Assembly: GCA_003056085.1 (NCBI GenBank)
Contig: LSNK01000003.1
Coordinates: 2,744-66,743 of the forward strand
Direction of reading: 5' to 3'
Length of the DNA: 64,000 bases
Source: Parcubacteria group bacterium M6-OD1-1
GTDB lineage: Bacteria > Patescibacteriota > Minisyncoccia > GWC2-36-17 > M10-OD1-4
Made by a program: the position numbers and the translations under genes. The notes under the pieces were generated by a model. That model was not told the origin of the DNA, did not search any database, and saw only the letters and a program-made list of their open reading frames with translations. Below, one piece after another: positions 41,915 to 53,391 of the stretch (position 1 is its first letter; every line of letters begins with the position of its first letter).

Positions 41915-44900
41915 CTATATTCCCGCGACAGATCTTGCTATAGCTATTATACTAAACGATAATACAGCTACAACCACTCCAACCATTGTATAAATAATGT
42001 ATCTTTTTGCTAATTCAAGTTTTGCCGCATCTCCAGCTGATGTTATATAAGTATAACCTCCACGAAGACCATAGACAACAGCAAACACGGCAACAAGCCA
42101 AGCAAACCACTGCAAAATTGCAAGAAGCACAGCAACTATAGAACAATTTTGACTTGGACCTATGCCGGTTCCCGGAGCCGTGCCTTGAAACTCAATGCCC
42201 AAAACATTACAAACACTGCCCGAAGACCCTGTTAATTGGTTAGACCCTGTTTCACAAATACCCGTAATAATATTGAAAGACGTTCCTAACGGACAAGGAT
42301 CACCACCGCAAATTCCATCTTGCGGACAAACGCTGCTGTCCGGACATATTGTTCCCGGCGTACAAGATGTTACAAAATCACAAGAACCGGAATTTGAATT
42401 ATATACTGTTCCTGCAGGACAAGTTGGGCAGACTCCGTTTTCCGGACATATTGCTCCATTAGCACATATTGTCCCTGGGTCACAATTTCCTACAGTTGGA
42501 GTGTTGTTGTCTCCCCCAACTTCAAAAGTTATCTGACATTTATTGCTTAAATTCTGTTGTCCGGTATTAATATTTACAGCAAGATCCTGACATTGGACAT
42601 AATATGCATTATATCCTTCAACAAGACCTGAAACACTTTCTGAATGAGAAATATTATCAATGGTACTGAAAGTATTTTCCATTGTAAAAAAGTTTATAAA
42701 GCCTCCATTTTGGTCATAATAATTAGTATCAAACTTACAAACAGACGCCACGCCGGACGTCATTCCTATATTAGTATTTATCGTACCTGAAGGATATATT
42801 GTACCTGCGGGAGGATTAGATCCAGAACAAGCCGGCAAACCGCAATATCCAGAATCAAGACAAATACTGCCACCCGTACAATCAGCATCTACCGTACAAG
42901 CCTCCCCAACTCTAACCGGTATTTGACATGCTGAGGTTTCTTCTCCTGTTGTTGTATTTTCACACCTGATAAGATATCTATTTATGTCGGGTAATGGAAA
43001 TAATCCTGTTACTAAAGTTTCATGACTTAAAAGACCGGTTGCACCAAACAGTGTCATGGTCGGACTATTGAAAGTATCTTCCGGGTTTGTTGAATACTTG
43101 CAATTTACATTTTCATCTGTTGCAAGTCCTATATATGCTTGCGTTATACCAACCGGTAAATTTAAAAATACATTCATAGGATCGCTTGTTTGAGTTTCTT
43201 TAACATAAGCTCCGTCACATTGAGGAATAGTTAACCAGCTTGCAGGTTCACACTGCCCTGTTGTGGAATTCCAAATTTCTCCTTCACCGCACGGAGCAAC
43301 ACAAGAAGCACCTATATCACAAGCATCTGAAACATTTGGGTCACAAGTAGAAACACAAGTTCCGTTCAAGCAGACATCTCCTTGATTTGGACAACTTCCA
43401 TCAGATGAGCATGCGTCTTGAGGATTTATAACCGACCCAACAGAGACATCTGTCAAAACACAATCAACAAAATCAGGACCCAAAGCGGTATCATTTGAAA
43501 TGCCTTTGTAAGAAATACCGTATTCCGGATTTGGGTTATATACATAACCTGAATATGACCTTCCTTGTGAATTGGGATTGGTGCAGTCTATAGCTCCATT
43601 TGAACTGAATATACAACCCGCTCCAGAATTTGAGGTTACCGTATCTGCTGTACAATCAGCTATTGTTTCAAATCCTTGAGTTGAAATATTGCATCCGGCC
43701 GGAATTCCGGCTAAAGACCCTGAAGGCAAGCAATTTGTTAAACCATCTTCATAGTAAATACATCCTGTTGGATATTTTTCATCACAAACATTAACAATCT
43801 CTCCATTTTCTCCATAATAAATACATCCTGACAACTCAAGCGGGGCGTCTGTCGTACAATCTACAAAGCTGTTTCTGTCTACAGGATTTCCGTAAGAATC
43901 ATAATTATAATACAAACACCCATTTATACCTTCGCAATTATTTGGAGCGTTTTGCGTCGGCTGTGTACATGCCTCTCCTCCTGATTGAAGACCTATTGGC
44001 ATAAGAGGCTTCTCTGAAGGTACTATCAAAGTATCAATGATTGTTCCCCTACTCACCCCTGAATCATCAACACAATTATAAACCGCATCTTCCACCGCAG
44101 CCCTGCACTTCGCTTCTCCAGCGGTGCAAGTTGTTCCATCTAAAGGACAAATACCGCTTTCAGGACAAATTTCAAGCTCAGGTCCTATACAAAAATCTCC
44201 CAATACAGCATTCTTTCCGCAGGAAAATTCTGATAAAGAAAAATCTGTGCTAAATATATATTCTCCGGGAGAACATGCATTTCCATTGGAATAAAAACCA
44301 ATTTGAGGACATGCTTCTATAAAAGGACTGCACACGCTCAAAACATTTGGCTGCCTTAAGCTAAGAGCACAATCATAAGGTGATAAACTTTGTGAGTCTC
44401 CCGTTGGCAAAATAGTCTGGGGATTAGTTGATGCTTGAGGACTTGCAATACAAAATCCGCTTGTATTTCCATTTGGAATAAAACATGTATTATCTCCTGG
44501 ACATTGAGAATCGTTTGAGCATGTTATTAAACAAGCATTTAAATCCGGCGAAACAAAAGAAACAGACTGGGTTACTGTATCTATAGCTCCATTAATATCT
44601 GTTACTGTAAGTATTATCGTATAATTACCTTCTGCGTTGTATGTATGAGACACTACAGCCCCTGTTGATGTTGTACTATCTCCCCAATTCCAAAAATAAG
44701 ATAAAGTAGCTGTTTCTCCAAGGTCGGTATCGTAACTTGCTGAAGCATCAGCTTCAACAAAAAAATTAAAACTGTCGTTATTTGATTGGGTTATACTCGG
44801 AGAAACAACCATAGATGCTACAGGAGCAGTATTTTGAGATATTGTATTTAATGGATCGCCCGTATACACTACACTACTTGAGTCAAATTCAATCCAACCC

Positions 44901-45490
44901 AAAACACTATTTCCCCAAGCAAAACCGGACCATGTTCCATTTTGAAATACCGTCACTCCAAGATTAGTGTCCATAAATTGAATCCATCCATCCCAATTTG
45001 GGTCAACTAAAGATGAACATGAAATTGAGGTGCAAGCACTCAAAACCCTCGCCCATCCTATAATTCTATTTGTACTTGAATCTAATTTCGCAAGATAATT
45101 ACTGTTTGTAAATTGACTGTCAAAAGAAGCGTTTCCAGTCGTTGGAGGATCTCCTGTTTCTAATCTTTCAAAACTTATCCAGCCAACATTATCTGACCAA
45201 GCATGCCCTATTACGGTTCTTGCAGGAATGTTTAAAGCCCCTGACTCACTATCCATAACTATGTGAGTCCCCCAATTATTTGCGCAATCTGCAACTTGAT
45301 CACTCAAATTTTGTGATGCCGCCTCACTGCTATGACATGAAAAACTTATCCAACCAATATTATCTGACCAAGCCCAACCTCTTATATTATTATATTCCGT
45401 TCCATTTATATCTATAGCTTCAGAAAAACTCGGCATTAAAAAAAATGCAAAAAGAAAAATTAAAGTAAAAATTTTGAAAATACAACTCAT
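41915..45490 (-). CDS. 1191-aa Cys-rich exported protein with PKD domain and C-terminal VirB2-like pilin domain
   Basis: Signal peptide; GxAW..GWIxF repeats; PKD (DASASYD..YFWNWGD..HTY..GNYTIILTVTD); many Cys repeats; C-terminal GGYTYITSAGDAAKLELAK. Confidence 0.85.
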   Translation of the reverse strand: MSCIFKIFTLIFLFAFFLMPSFSEAIDINGTEYNNIRGWAWSDNIGWISFSCHSSEAASQNLSDQVADCANNWGTHIVMDSESGALNIPARTVIGHAWSDNVGWISFERLETGDPPTTGNASFDSQFTNSNYLAKLDSSTNRIIGWARVLSACTSISCSSLVDPNWDGWIQFMDTNLGVTVFQNGTWSGFAWGNSVLGWIEFDSSSVVYTGDPLNTISQNTAPVASMVVSPSITQSNNDSFNFFVEADASASYDTDLGETATLSYFWNWGDSTTSTGAVVSHTYNAEGNYTIILTVTDINGAIDTVTQSVSFVSPDLNACLITCSNDSQCPGDNTCFIPNGNTSGFCIASPQASTNPQTILPTGDSQSLSPYDCALSLRQPNVLSVCSPFIEACPQIGFYSNGNACSPGEYIFSTDFSLSEFSCGKNAVLGDFCIGPELEICPESGICPLDGTTCTAGEAKCRAAVEDAVYNCVDDSGVSRGTIIDTLIVPSEKPLMPIGLQSGGEACTQPTQNAPNNCEGINGCLYYNYDSYGNPVDRNSFVDCTTDAPLELSGCIYYGENGEIVNVCDEKYPTGCIYYEDGLTNCLPSGSLAGIPAGCNISTQGFETIADCTADTVTSNSGAGCIFSSNGAIDCTNPNSQGRSYSGYVYNPNPEYGISYKGISNDTALGPDFVDCVLTDVSVGSVINPQDACSSDGSCPNQGDVCLNGTCVSTCDPNVSDACDIGASCVAPCGEGEIWNSTTGQCEPASWLTIPQCDGAYVKETQTSDPMNVFLNLPVGITQAYIGLATDENVNCKYSTNPEDTFNSPTMTLFGATGLLSHETLVTGLFPLPDINRYLIRCENTTTGEETSACQIPVRVGEACTVDADCTGGSICLDSGYCGLPACSGSNPPAGTIYPSGTINTNIGMTSGVASVCKFDTNYYDQNGGFINFFTMENTFSTIDNISHSESVSGLVEGYNAYYVQCQDLAVNINTGQQNLSNKCQITFEVGGDNNTPTVGNCDPGTICANGAICPENGVCPTCPAGTVYNSNSGSCDFVTSCTPGTICPDSSVCPQDGICGGDPCPLGTSFNIITGICETGSNQLTGSSGSVCNVLGIEFQGTAPGTGIGPSQNCSIVAVLLAILQWFAWLVAVFAVVYGLRGGYTYITSAGDAAKLELAKRYIIYTMVGVVVAVLSFSIIAIARSVAGI

Positions 45491-46782
45491 TTAGATAAAA
45501 TTTTTGAATTAATTTCAGAAGCTGCCCTTCTTAAGGCTAAAGCTTCTGACTGCTCGCTTAAAACATGCTGGTCCATCATATTAATCAAAACCTTGTCTAC
45601 AAGAGTATTGTTAAGCTGAAACCAAGAGTCTGCGGTCAATGCTTGGTTTGCAAAAATAGCAAGATTAGGATCATCTTGTTGAATTGCAAGAACAGCTCTC
45701 TGGCTTGCCGGTTCTTCAATTTGAGAAAGGTAAAAAGCAGCATTTTTAGGTTCTGCTAAAAACTTTAAAAAATTCCAAGCAGCAATTTTATCGGGAGAAT
45801 TTGAATAAACACCATAACCCCAATAATTAGCATAATTTTTTTTGATTACACTGTCTTTTTTTTGAGGCATATAGGCTACATTAAATCTTAGCCTCGGGGC
45901 TTTTTGCAATATACTATTTTTTGTCCATGAGTAACCAAACATCATGGCTACTCTTCCTAAAGCAAACATATTTTGAGAATCATTTTTAAAATTTTGAGAC
46001 CAAGAATAATTTTCACTTTTTGGTCTTGCAAATTCAGAATAGAATTTTAGAGCATTTTCAGCTCCGGAATTTTTTTCCCTATCAAAAATAATTTCTCCGG
46101 ATAAAGGATCAGACATTTTAGATCCGTTTTGAATCATAAGCAGCGACAAAATATCGGGAGATCTTAAAATATTTTTCCCAGATCCCAAAGCAGCGCCGGA
46201 AACCAATATTTCTCCTGTTCCTGTTTTTTTCGTCAAAAGTTTTGCGTACTTTTCAAACTCTTCCCAATCTTTTGGCGGCTCTATAAGACCCGCGCTATTG
46301 AAAAGATCTATATTATAATAAAGCGCCAAAGTATCCACATATAAAGGAATCCCGTATATATTTTCTTCAAATGTAAAATCTTTTTGAACTACATCAACAA
46401 ATCTTTTTCTAAAATCATTTATAGAAAATATATCTGAAGTTACAGGAGCTAAAAGATCTCTAAACTTCGGAGTCCATGTGTTGTGTGTCATAAAAATATC
46501 CGGTCCTTTTCCTGCTGCAAAAGCACGAACCAACTCATCTTCATAATTTTGAACAGATTTTTTTCTATAAGTTATAGTTACATTAGGATTCTTTGATGTA
46601 AAAGCTTGAATAAGAGGAGTAATGGCATCTGAATCATCAAAAACCCCCCAAACCTCCAATTCAGAAGGTGGGATATTTTTAAATTTAAATTTAAGCCCAG
46701 GAACAACTCCCAGATAAATCAAAAATATAAAAAGAATAACTAGAACAACTGAACCTATTATAAGTATTTTGGTTAAATTCAT
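45487..46782 (-). CDS. Extracellular solute-binding protein (sugar ABC-type family)
   Basis: N-terminal TM; GKGPDIF, YGIPLYVDTLALYYNIDLF, PPKDWEEF, AAWNFLKFL. Confidence 0.85.
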   Translation of the reverse strand: MNLTKILIIGSVVLVILFIFLIYLGVVPGLKFKFKNIPPSELEVWGVFDDSDAITPLIQAFTSKNPNVTITYRKKSVQNYEDELVRAFAAGKGPDIFMTHNTWTPKFRDLLAPVTSDIFSINDFRKRFVDVVQKDFTFEENIYGIPLYVDTLALYYNIDLFNSAGLIEPPKDWEEFEKYAKLLTKKTGTGEILVSGAALGSGKNILRSPDILSLLMIQNGSKMSDPLSGEIIFDREKNSGAENALKFYSEFARPKSENYSWSQNFKNDSQNMFALGRVAMMFGYSWTKNSILQKAPRLRFNVAYMPQKKDSVIKKNYANYWGYGVYSNSPDKIAAWNFLKFLAEPKNAAFYLSQIEEPASQRAVLAIQQDDPNLAIFANQALTADSWFQLNNTLVDKVLINMMDQHVLSEQSEALALRRAASEINSKILSK

Positions 46783-46884
46783 AGTTTGGCTTATTAGAAA
46801 TTAGTTTTATTTCAGCCGGAGACTAACCTACCTCTGACGAAAGCTCATTAGACACCTAAGAAGCTAAAAACTATCAAACTGTAT

Positions 46885-49356
46885 TTAAAGACATGTTACT
46901 GAAGAAACTTTATCTCCCTGAGACAACCTCATAAGTTTTACACCTTGGGTTGCTCTTGAAAGAGATGGAACAGATGCAATACTCATTCTTATAACCTGTC
47001 CTTTATCGGAAATGGTTATTAAATCTTTTTCTAAAGATTCAACGATAAGCGAGGAAACTAAAGTTCCTGTTTTTTCTGTTATTTTTGCCGTTTTGATACC
47101 CGATCCTCCTCTTTTTTGGGTCTTGTATTGTGAAAGTGAAGTTCTCTTGCCAAATCCATTTTTCATAATCACCAAAAGCTCAAGTTCATTGCTTTTGTTT
47201 CCTGAAATAACATCAGTTCCTACAACTCTATCACCCTTTTTCATTTTGATGGACGCAACTCCAGCAGCAGTCCTTCCCATTGACCTTACATCTTTTTCTG
47301 AAAATCTTATCGCTTGTCCATTCTCTGTTAAAATAATTATTTCATCATTTCCATAAGATATTCTGACCCACTTTAAAAGATCATCTCCTTTAAGAGAAAT
47401 GGCCTGCACACCGCTCTTTCTTACCGAATGAAATTCAGATGAAGCAACTTTTTTAATTATACCATTTTGAGTTGACATAACCAAGTAAAGCTTCTCTTGT
47501 GAATCCTTTTTTCCGAGTTTTTCTTTTACAGGCACAATAGCTGTTATTCTTTCTTTTTGACTGATATCTAAGATGTTTATTATCGCTTTTCCTCTTGTTG
47601 TTCTTGAGGACTCCGGAACTTCGTACGCCTTAGTCTGATAAACTTTTCCTCTGTCTGTAAAAAAGAGAAGGTTGTCATGCGTTGAACAAGACAGCAAATG
47701 CTCTATAATATCCTCTTCTTTTGTATCCATTCCGACAACTCCCTTCCCGCCTCTTTTTTGGGTTTTGTAAGTTTTTACATCCACCCTTTTAATATAACCT
47801 CCTCTTGTCATAGCAATAAAAGTATCTTCCTTTGGAATTAAATCTTCTTCTTTAAACTCAGAAATTGTACCTTTGACAACTTTGGTTTTCCTTTCGTCTC
47901 CATGCTTGTCTGCAACTTCTTTAAGTTCTTCTTTTATAATTCCTAAAATCCTCTTTTCATTTTTTAAAAGACTTTCCAAGTCTGCTATTATTTTCAATTT
48001 TTCTTTAAACTCATCTTCGATTTTCTTTCTTTCAAGTCCTGATAAAGTTTGAAGCTTCATTTCTAAAATAGCGGTCGTTTGAAGATCTGAAAGTTTAAAA
48101 TCTTTCATTAAAGTTTTATGCGCCTCTTCTTTATTTTTTGATTTTTTGATTGTTGTTATTATCTTATCAATATGATCAAGCGCTTTTTTAAGACCTTCTA
48201 AAATATGAGCTCTTTGCTTTGCTTTTTTAAGTTCATACTGAGCCCTTTTAGTAACAACATCTTTTCTGTGAGAAATAAAATATTCTAAAATGCTTTTAAG
48301 AGATAAAACCTGAGGCTGAACTCCATCAACAAGCGCCACCATATTTAAGTGAAATACTTTTTGAAGATCTGTAAATTTATAAAGTTTATTTAAAATTTTC
48401 TGCGGATAAGAGTCTGTTTTTAAATCTATTGCAATCCTCAAACCGTCTTTATCAGACTCATCCCGCACATCTCTTATTCCTTCAACTTTTTTATTTCTTA
48501 CAAGATCTGCTATTTTTTCTATCATCGTCGCTTTATTGACTTGATAAGGAATCTCAGAGATTATTATTTGATGCTTACCCGCTTTTTGCTCAACGATATC
48601 AACCTTACCTCTCACTGTTATAGGTCCGCTTCCAGTACTGTATGCTTTTGCAATATCTTTTTTGTTGTAAATAATACCCCCTGTTGGAAAGTCAGGACCT
48701 AAAACAAACTCCAAAAGATCATCTGCATCCGCTTTTTTGTTGTCTATTAGATAAATTACTGCGTCAATGAGTTCGTTTATATTGTGTGGAGGAATATTTG
48801 TCGCCATTCCAACAGCAATACCCATTTGACCGTTTAAAAGTAAATTTGGCAGTTTTGCAGGTAAAACCTTTGGCTCTTTTCTTGAACCGTCATAGTTGTC
48901 TTCAAAATTAACTGTTTCTTTCTCAATATCAAAAAGCATCTCTTCCGCTATTTTTGTAAGTTTTGCTTCCGTGTACCTCATGGCGGCAGGAGAATCACCA
49001 TCAATAGAACCAAAGTTTCCCTGACCGTTTATAAGCATGTATCTTAAAGAAAAATCCTGCGCCATACGAGCAAGCGCCCCATAAACCGAAGAATCTCCAT
49101 GAGGATGATACTTGCCAAGTACGTCTCCAACAACGCGAGCGGATTTTAAAAACTTTGCTGAATGTCTAAGACCCAACTCATGCATGGCATAAAGTATTCT
49201 TCTTTGAACAGGCTTTAGTCCGTCTCTTACATCCGGAAGCGCCCTTGAGACAATAACAGACATAGCATAATCAAGATATGATTCCTGCATTTCATCTGTT
49301 ATTTCTACTTGTGAAATATTTCCTATATCAAATTTTTCTTCTTCTTCTTTTGGCAT
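46885..49356 (-). CDS. gyrA: DNA gyrase subunit A
   Basis: [26 protein letters not shown], GyrA box QKRGGKG. Confidence 0.98.
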   Translation of the reverse strand: MPKEEEEKFDIGNISQVEITDEMQESYLDYAMSVIVSRALPDVRDGLKPVQRRILYAMHELGLRHSAKFLKSARVVGDVLGKYHPHGDSSVYGALARMAQDFSLRYMLINGQGNFGSIDGDSPAAMRYTEAKLTKIAEEMLFDIEKETVNFEDNYDGSRKEPKVLPAKLPNLLLNGQMGIAVGMATNIPPHNINELIDAVIYLIDNKKADADDLLEFVLGPDFPTGGIIYNKKDIAKAYSTGSGPITVRGKVDIVEQKAGKHQIIISEIPYQVNKATMIEKIADLVRNKKVEGIRDVRDESDKDGLRIAIDLKTDSYPQKILNKLYKFTDLQKVFHLNMVALVDGVQPQVLSLKSILEYFISHRKDVVTKRAQYELKKAKQRAHILEGLKKALDHIDKIITTIKKSKNKEEAHKTLMKDFKLSDLQTTAILEMKLQTLSGLERKKIEDEFKEKLKIIADLESLLKNEKRILGIIKEELKEVADKHGDERKTKVVKGTISEFKEEDLIPKEDTFIAMTRGGYIKRVDVKTYKTQKRGGKGVVGMDTKEEDIIEHLLSCSTHDNLLFFTDRGKVYQTKAYEVPESSRTTRGKAIINILDISQKERITAIVPVKEKLGKKDSQEKLYLVMSTQNGIIKKVASSEFHSVRKSGVQAISLKGDDLLKWVRISYGNDEIIILTENGQAIRFSEKDVRSMGRTAAGVASIKMKKGDRVVGTDVISGNKSNELELLVIMKNGFGKRTSLSQYKTQKRGGSGIKTAKITEKTGTLVSSLIVESLEKDLITISDKGQVIRMSIASVPSLSRATQGVKLMRLSQGDKVSSVTCL

Positions 49357-49357
49357 T

Positions 49358-49615
49358 TTATTTTATTTTTATTTTCTGCGGTTCAAAAAAATCTTTGATT
49401 CCGGCTGATAAACTTTCGTAAATAGTTGGTAATTTGATTTTGTAGTTGTCTTCACTTGTTTTTACTTCTTTTTTTTCACCTGATTCATTAAAATTATTTT
49501 TTATAGAATTTAGCCAAACTATAAAAACTAAAAGAAAGGCTATCGTCATTAAAATTAAAAAAATCTTCACTCTGATATGTTTTGGTTTTTTTTGAATGCT
49601 TTCTACAAAATTCAT
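49358..49615 (-). CDS. Small single-TM hypothetical protein
   Basis: 85-aa ORF tightly packed in operon. Confidence 0.7.
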   Translation of the reverse strand: MNFVESIQKKPKHIRVKIFLILMTIAFLLVFIVWLNSIKNNFNESGEKKEVKTSEDNYKIKLPTIYESLSAGIKDFFEPQKIKIK

Positions 49616-49619
49616 TATA

Positions 49620-50279
49620 TTATGCTAATCTCATCAATATAATATCTCTTTCCTCATTGGGCAAATCTTTTTTCTTTAATACATACTTATCAATTGCTTT
49701 AATGTCAGATGCCCCGGATAATTTTAAAAATTTATCTACACTCTCAAGATCAACTTTAAGTTTGGGAATTTTAAAATTCATTGGAATAACAACTCTTGGA
49801 TCTATATTCCCTACAACTTCAACGGCTTTTTCCGCACCTAATGATTTTATTTCTATGTTGTCTATTTTATAATCTCCTCCAACAGGAATCATTAAAATAT
49901 CAACCTGTCCAATTTTATCCAAAACCTCTAATGTCTGCTCCTCTGAAAAATCAGATAAATGACAAATCCTCACACCCTCAATATCAATAATATACATCGT
50001 TGATGTTTTAACTATTTCATTTTTTTCATTAAGATTAAAAGCGGAAATCCCATTGATATGAATCCCGCCAAACTCATACTCTCCGGCTCCAAAAACAGCA
50101 AATTCAGAATCTATTTGAGAATAATCATCTTTGTTTAAAATACTGTCTGAAATAAGCAAAACATCAGCTTTTCCTCTTGGAGGTGTTAAGCCGACATTTT
50201 TACTAAATGGATCAACAACAATTGTAGATCCTCCATTTATTATTTTAAAACAAGATTGTCCGTACCAAATTATCTGCAT
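49620..50279 (-). CDS. MBL-fold (Lactamase_B_3-like) protein
   Basis: WYGQSCFKI..VDPF..HLSD..ILMIPVGG..VIPM; HxHxDH motif appears degenerate. Confidence 0.8.
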   Translation of the reverse strand: MQIIWYGQSCFKIINGGSTIVVDPFSKNVGLTPPRGKADVLLISDSILNKDDYSQIDSEFAVFGAGEYEFGGIHINGISAFNLNEKNEIVKTSTMYIIDIEGVRICHLSDFSEEQTLEVLDKIGQVDILMIPVGGDYKIDNIEIKSLGAEKAVEVVGNIDPRVVIPMNFKIPKLKVDLESVDKFLKLSGASDIKAIDKYVLKKKDLPNEERDIILMRLA

Positions 50280-50370
50280 AATAAATAAAGCCTAAAAAAT
50301 AGACTTTTAAATTTAAATTAAAAAATAAACTACTTCCAATGATACCTTATTTTAGAAAAAAAATAAAGTT

Positions 50371-51126
50371 TTAGATCTTAAAAAGCTCTCTTGCGTTCTT
50401 TGTGGTTTGTGTCGCCACATCTTCAAATGTCATGCCTTTTATTTCCGCGAGTTTTTCCGCTGTAAATTTTACATACGACGGCTCATTTCTTTTGCCTCTG
50501 TTTGGTACAGGAGCAACAAAAGGAGCGTCTGTTTCAACAAGCACTCTATCTATGGGCACATATTTTACAACTTCATCGTAATCTCTTGTAAAAGTTATAA
50601 CTCCTGCAAAAGATATATGAAATCCCAAATCAATATATTTTTTTGCCTGTTCCTTACTCCCGCTAAAAAAATGAATTACTCCGGCAGTTCCTTCCGCATT
50701 TGCTTTTAATGTTTTTATAGCATCATCATGCGCATCTCTGCAATGCACCACTAAAACTTTATTGAGCTTTTTTGCAATTTTGATATGCTTCATAAAAAAA
50801 TCTATCTGTTTTACTTTTTTATCCTCATCTTTGGTTCTGAAATAATCAAGTCCTGTTTCTCCTATTCCAACAACTTTCTCATCTTGAGAAATTTTCTCCA
50901 AAAGCTTAAAATCAAAATCTAAAGAAACATCATTAGGATGCAAACCGCAAACAGCATAAACTCCTTCTGTGTATTTATGCGCAATTTCTACGGCTTTTTG
51001 TGATGTTGGCATATCAACCCCAACATTTATCATCCAAATATCTTTTAAAAAAGCGCGCTTTATAACCTCATCATAATCGTCTTTAAAATCATCTAAATTT
51101 GTATGAGTGTGAGTATCAATTAACAT
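50371..51126 (-). CDS. tatD: TatD family hydrolase
   Basis: IDTHTH, GLHP, IGETGLDY, HCRDA, ETDAPF. Confidence 0.95.
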   Translation of the reverse strand: MLIDTHTHTNLDDFKDDYDEVIKRAFLKDIWMINVGVDMPTSQKAVEIAHKYTEGVYAVCGLHPNDVSLDFDFKLLEKISQDEKVVGIGETGLDYFRTKDEDKKVKQIDFFMKHIKIAKKLNKVLVVHCRDAHDDAIKTLKANAEGTAGVIHFFSGSKEQAKKYIDLGFHISFAGVITFTRDYDEVVKYVPIDRVLVETDAPFVAPVPNRGKRNEPSYVKFTAEKLAEIKGMTFEDVATQTTKNARELFKI

Positions 51127-51177
51127 GAGAAAGAATTAAGAATAAATATTCAATTTAATTTTACAAACATTAAAAAA

Positions 51178-52668
51178 TTAGTCTAATCTGGGAAAAAGCG
51201 GCTCCGGTTTTTTAATGCTAAGAGGTTTTTCTGACCAATCTTTTTTGTCTTTTGAAATCCCCAAAGCGGAAAAAATTCTTTCCGAAGTATCCGGTAAAAA
51301 TGGCAAAAGAAGATATGCTGTGTAAGCAATACTTAAAATAAGATCTTTTGTAGTTTTTTTGAACTCTTCTTTGTCTTTTTTCGGCAACTCCCAAAGCTTA
51401 GACTCTTCTACCATTTTATCAGAAACATCAATTAATTTAAATATATTTTCCAAAGCAACATTTAAGTGAAAACTTTCAATGTTTTTTTCATATTCTGATA
51501 TCGTATTTCTTATACTTTCAGAAATATCATTTTCAGAAATTTTAATTTCTCCTAAAATATCTTTATTTTTTTCCGCTATCGCAGAAACTCTTAAAACTAA
51601 ATTTCCCAATTTATTTGATAAGTCGCCATATCTCTCTTTAAATCTCTCATCAGAAAAATCACCGTCTTGATAAGAGGGTATCTCCCTTAAAAGATAGTAT
51701 CTGACTGCTTCTTTTCCATATTTTTCTATTAAATCAAATGGACTCACAACATTACCCAAAGACTTGGACATTTTGACGCCTTCATGAGTTATAAAACCAT
51801 GAACATATATATTTTTTGGAAGAGGAAGCTCAAGCGACAAAAGCATAGCGGGCCAAATCATCGCATGAAATCTTAAAATATCCTTCCCCACCAAATGCAC
51901 ATCTGCCGGCCAAAACTTTTCATACAATTTACCGGTTGGACCACCGAGCCCGGAAATATAATTTGTTAAAGCATCTGCCCAAACATATATTTTTTGAGTA
52001 TCATCTGAAGGAACGTTTATCCCCCACCCAACACTTTCTTTTGGTCGAGAAAAAGAGACATCAGAAACTTTTTCACTTTCAAAAAGATTAAGCATTTCTT
52101 TTTTTCTATGCTCCGGAACTATCTTTATTTCGTCTTTTTGTATGAGCTCTTTAACTCTTTCTGCATATTTTGAAAATTTAAAAAAATAATTTTCTTCTGA
52201 CACCTGCTCGGGAGCTTTTTTATGAATAATACACTCTCCATCTTTGAGATCCTTTTCATTTATAAAAGCTTCGCAACCCACACAATAAAAAGCTTCGTAA
52301 GTATTTTTATAAATATCCTCCTTCTCCACAAATTTTTTCCAAAAATCAAAAACAATAGGATAATGCATTTTTTCATCTGAAGTTCTTATGAAAGAATCGT
52401 TGGAAATGCCAAGCTCTTTCGCTAAGCTTTTAAATTTTTCTGAAATCTCGTCTACAAATTCTTTTGGAGTTTTATTTTCCAATTCAGCCTTTTGTTGTAT
52501 TTTTTTTCCATGTTCATCCATTCCTGTTAAGAAAAAAACGTCGTCACCTTTTTGACGATGATATCTTGCAAGGACATCGGCCTGCAAAAGTTCAAGAGCA
52601 TAACCAATATGCGGTTCTGCATTTGCATAAGCAATTGATGTTGTAATATAAAATTTATTTTTTGACAT
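51178..52668 (-). CDS. metG: Methionine--tRNA ligase
   Basis: PHIGY, YVWADAL, GKDILRFH, KMSKS. Confidence 0.97.
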   Translation of the reverse strand: MSKNKFYITTSIAYANAEPHIGYALELLQADVLARYHRQKGDDVFFLTGMDEHGKKIQQKAELENKTPKEFVDEISEKFKSLAKELGISNDSFIRTSDEKMHYPIVFDFWKKFVEKEDIYKNTYEAFYCVGCEAFINEKDLKDGECIIHKKAPEQVSEENYFFKFSKYAERVKELIQKDEIKIVPEHRKKEMLNLFESEKVSDVSFSRPKESVGWGINVPSDDTQKIYVWADALTNYISGLGGPTGKLYEKFWPADVHLVGKDILRFHAMIWPAMLLSLELPLPKNIYVHGFITHEGVKMSKSLGNVVSPFDLIEKYGKEAVRYYLLREIPSYQDGDFSDERFKERYGDLSNKLGNLVLRVSAIAEKNKDILGEIKISENDISESIRNTISEYEKNIESFHLNVALENIFKLIDVSDKMVEESKLWELPKKDKEEFKKTTKDLILSIAYTAYLLLPFLPDTSERIFSALGISKDKKDWSEKPLSIKKPEPLFPRLD

Positions 52669-52720
52669 AGCTTTATTTTACACGCAAAAAGAACTTAAGT
52701 AAATTAAAAATAAATGTTTT

Positions 52721-52770
52721 GAAAATCCTGCGATTTATTGAACGACCGTTCAATAAATCGCAGGATTTTC
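52721..52770. repeat. Perfect palindrome, 24-bp arms, ACG-AC-CGT apex (ACG-GT-CGT on minus strand)
   Basis: GAAAATCCTGCGATTTATTGAACG-AC-CGTTCAATAAATCGCAGGATTTTC; abuts the stop codon at 52771. Confidence 0.95.
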
Positions 52771-53391
52771 TTATTTAGTTAAAAGCTTCAGGCTTCCTGT
52801 TTTTGTTATTTCAAATATTTCAACAAAATTAATAATTTTCAAATCTTTTAAGTCACTTAAAAAGTCTCTCGGTACAACTACTTTTCCCATCCAAACACTT
52901 TTTTGAACTATTTTAAAATCCATTTTTACAAGAGCATGCCTTAACCATGCTCTCTTATGTCTATCTCTTTCAGGGATATCAAATATTATAATCGTAACTC
53001 TACTACTCTTTTTATTTTTATAATCAATAATAGGAAAATCCCCCATTTTTTTCTGTAAATTTTTTATTAAACTTATTTTTTTAATTCCCTTCTTAGTAAT
53101 TTTAAAAGTAAAACTATGATTACTTTTACGTTTTTCTAATAATCCGCACTTTTCTAATCTGTTTACCATAGAATGAAATCTATCATTTATTTTTTTCTTG
53201 TTATTTTTTGATAATTTCTGATATTCTATATTGAATCTTTTTCTAAATTGTCCATTCTCCGCTTTACGCTCAATCTCATTTAAAGAAGCACCGTAACTAG
53301 AAGTTATAAAAACATCTAAAAGATCCGCTGTATCCAGTGCAGCATCTTTTAATATTTCTAAGAATTTTAAAGTTTTATCTCCTCTTTTCAT
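52771..53391 (-). CDS. PaaX-like regulator: winged HTH + Cas2-like ferredoxin domain
   Basis: RLEKCGLLEK..FKITKKG (wHTH) then IIIFDIPERDRHKRAWLRHAL..FKIVQKSVW. Confidence 0.8.
   Translation of the reverse strand: MKRGDKTLKFLEILKDAALDTADLLDVFITSSYGASLNEIERKAENGQFRKRFNIEYQKLSKNNKKKINDRFHSMVNRLEKCGLLEKRKSNHSFTFKITKKGIKKISLIKNLQKKMGDFPIIDYKNKKSSRVTIIIFDIPERDRHKRAWLRHALVKMDFKIVQKSVWMGKVVVPRDFLSDLKDLKIINFVEIFEITKTGSLKLLTK

Noticed and set aside
52771-53391. CRISPR-Cas system suggested by the Cas2-like domain
   Set aside because: No cas1 or effector genes and no repeat-spacer array in the window; the protein has an N-terminal wHTH
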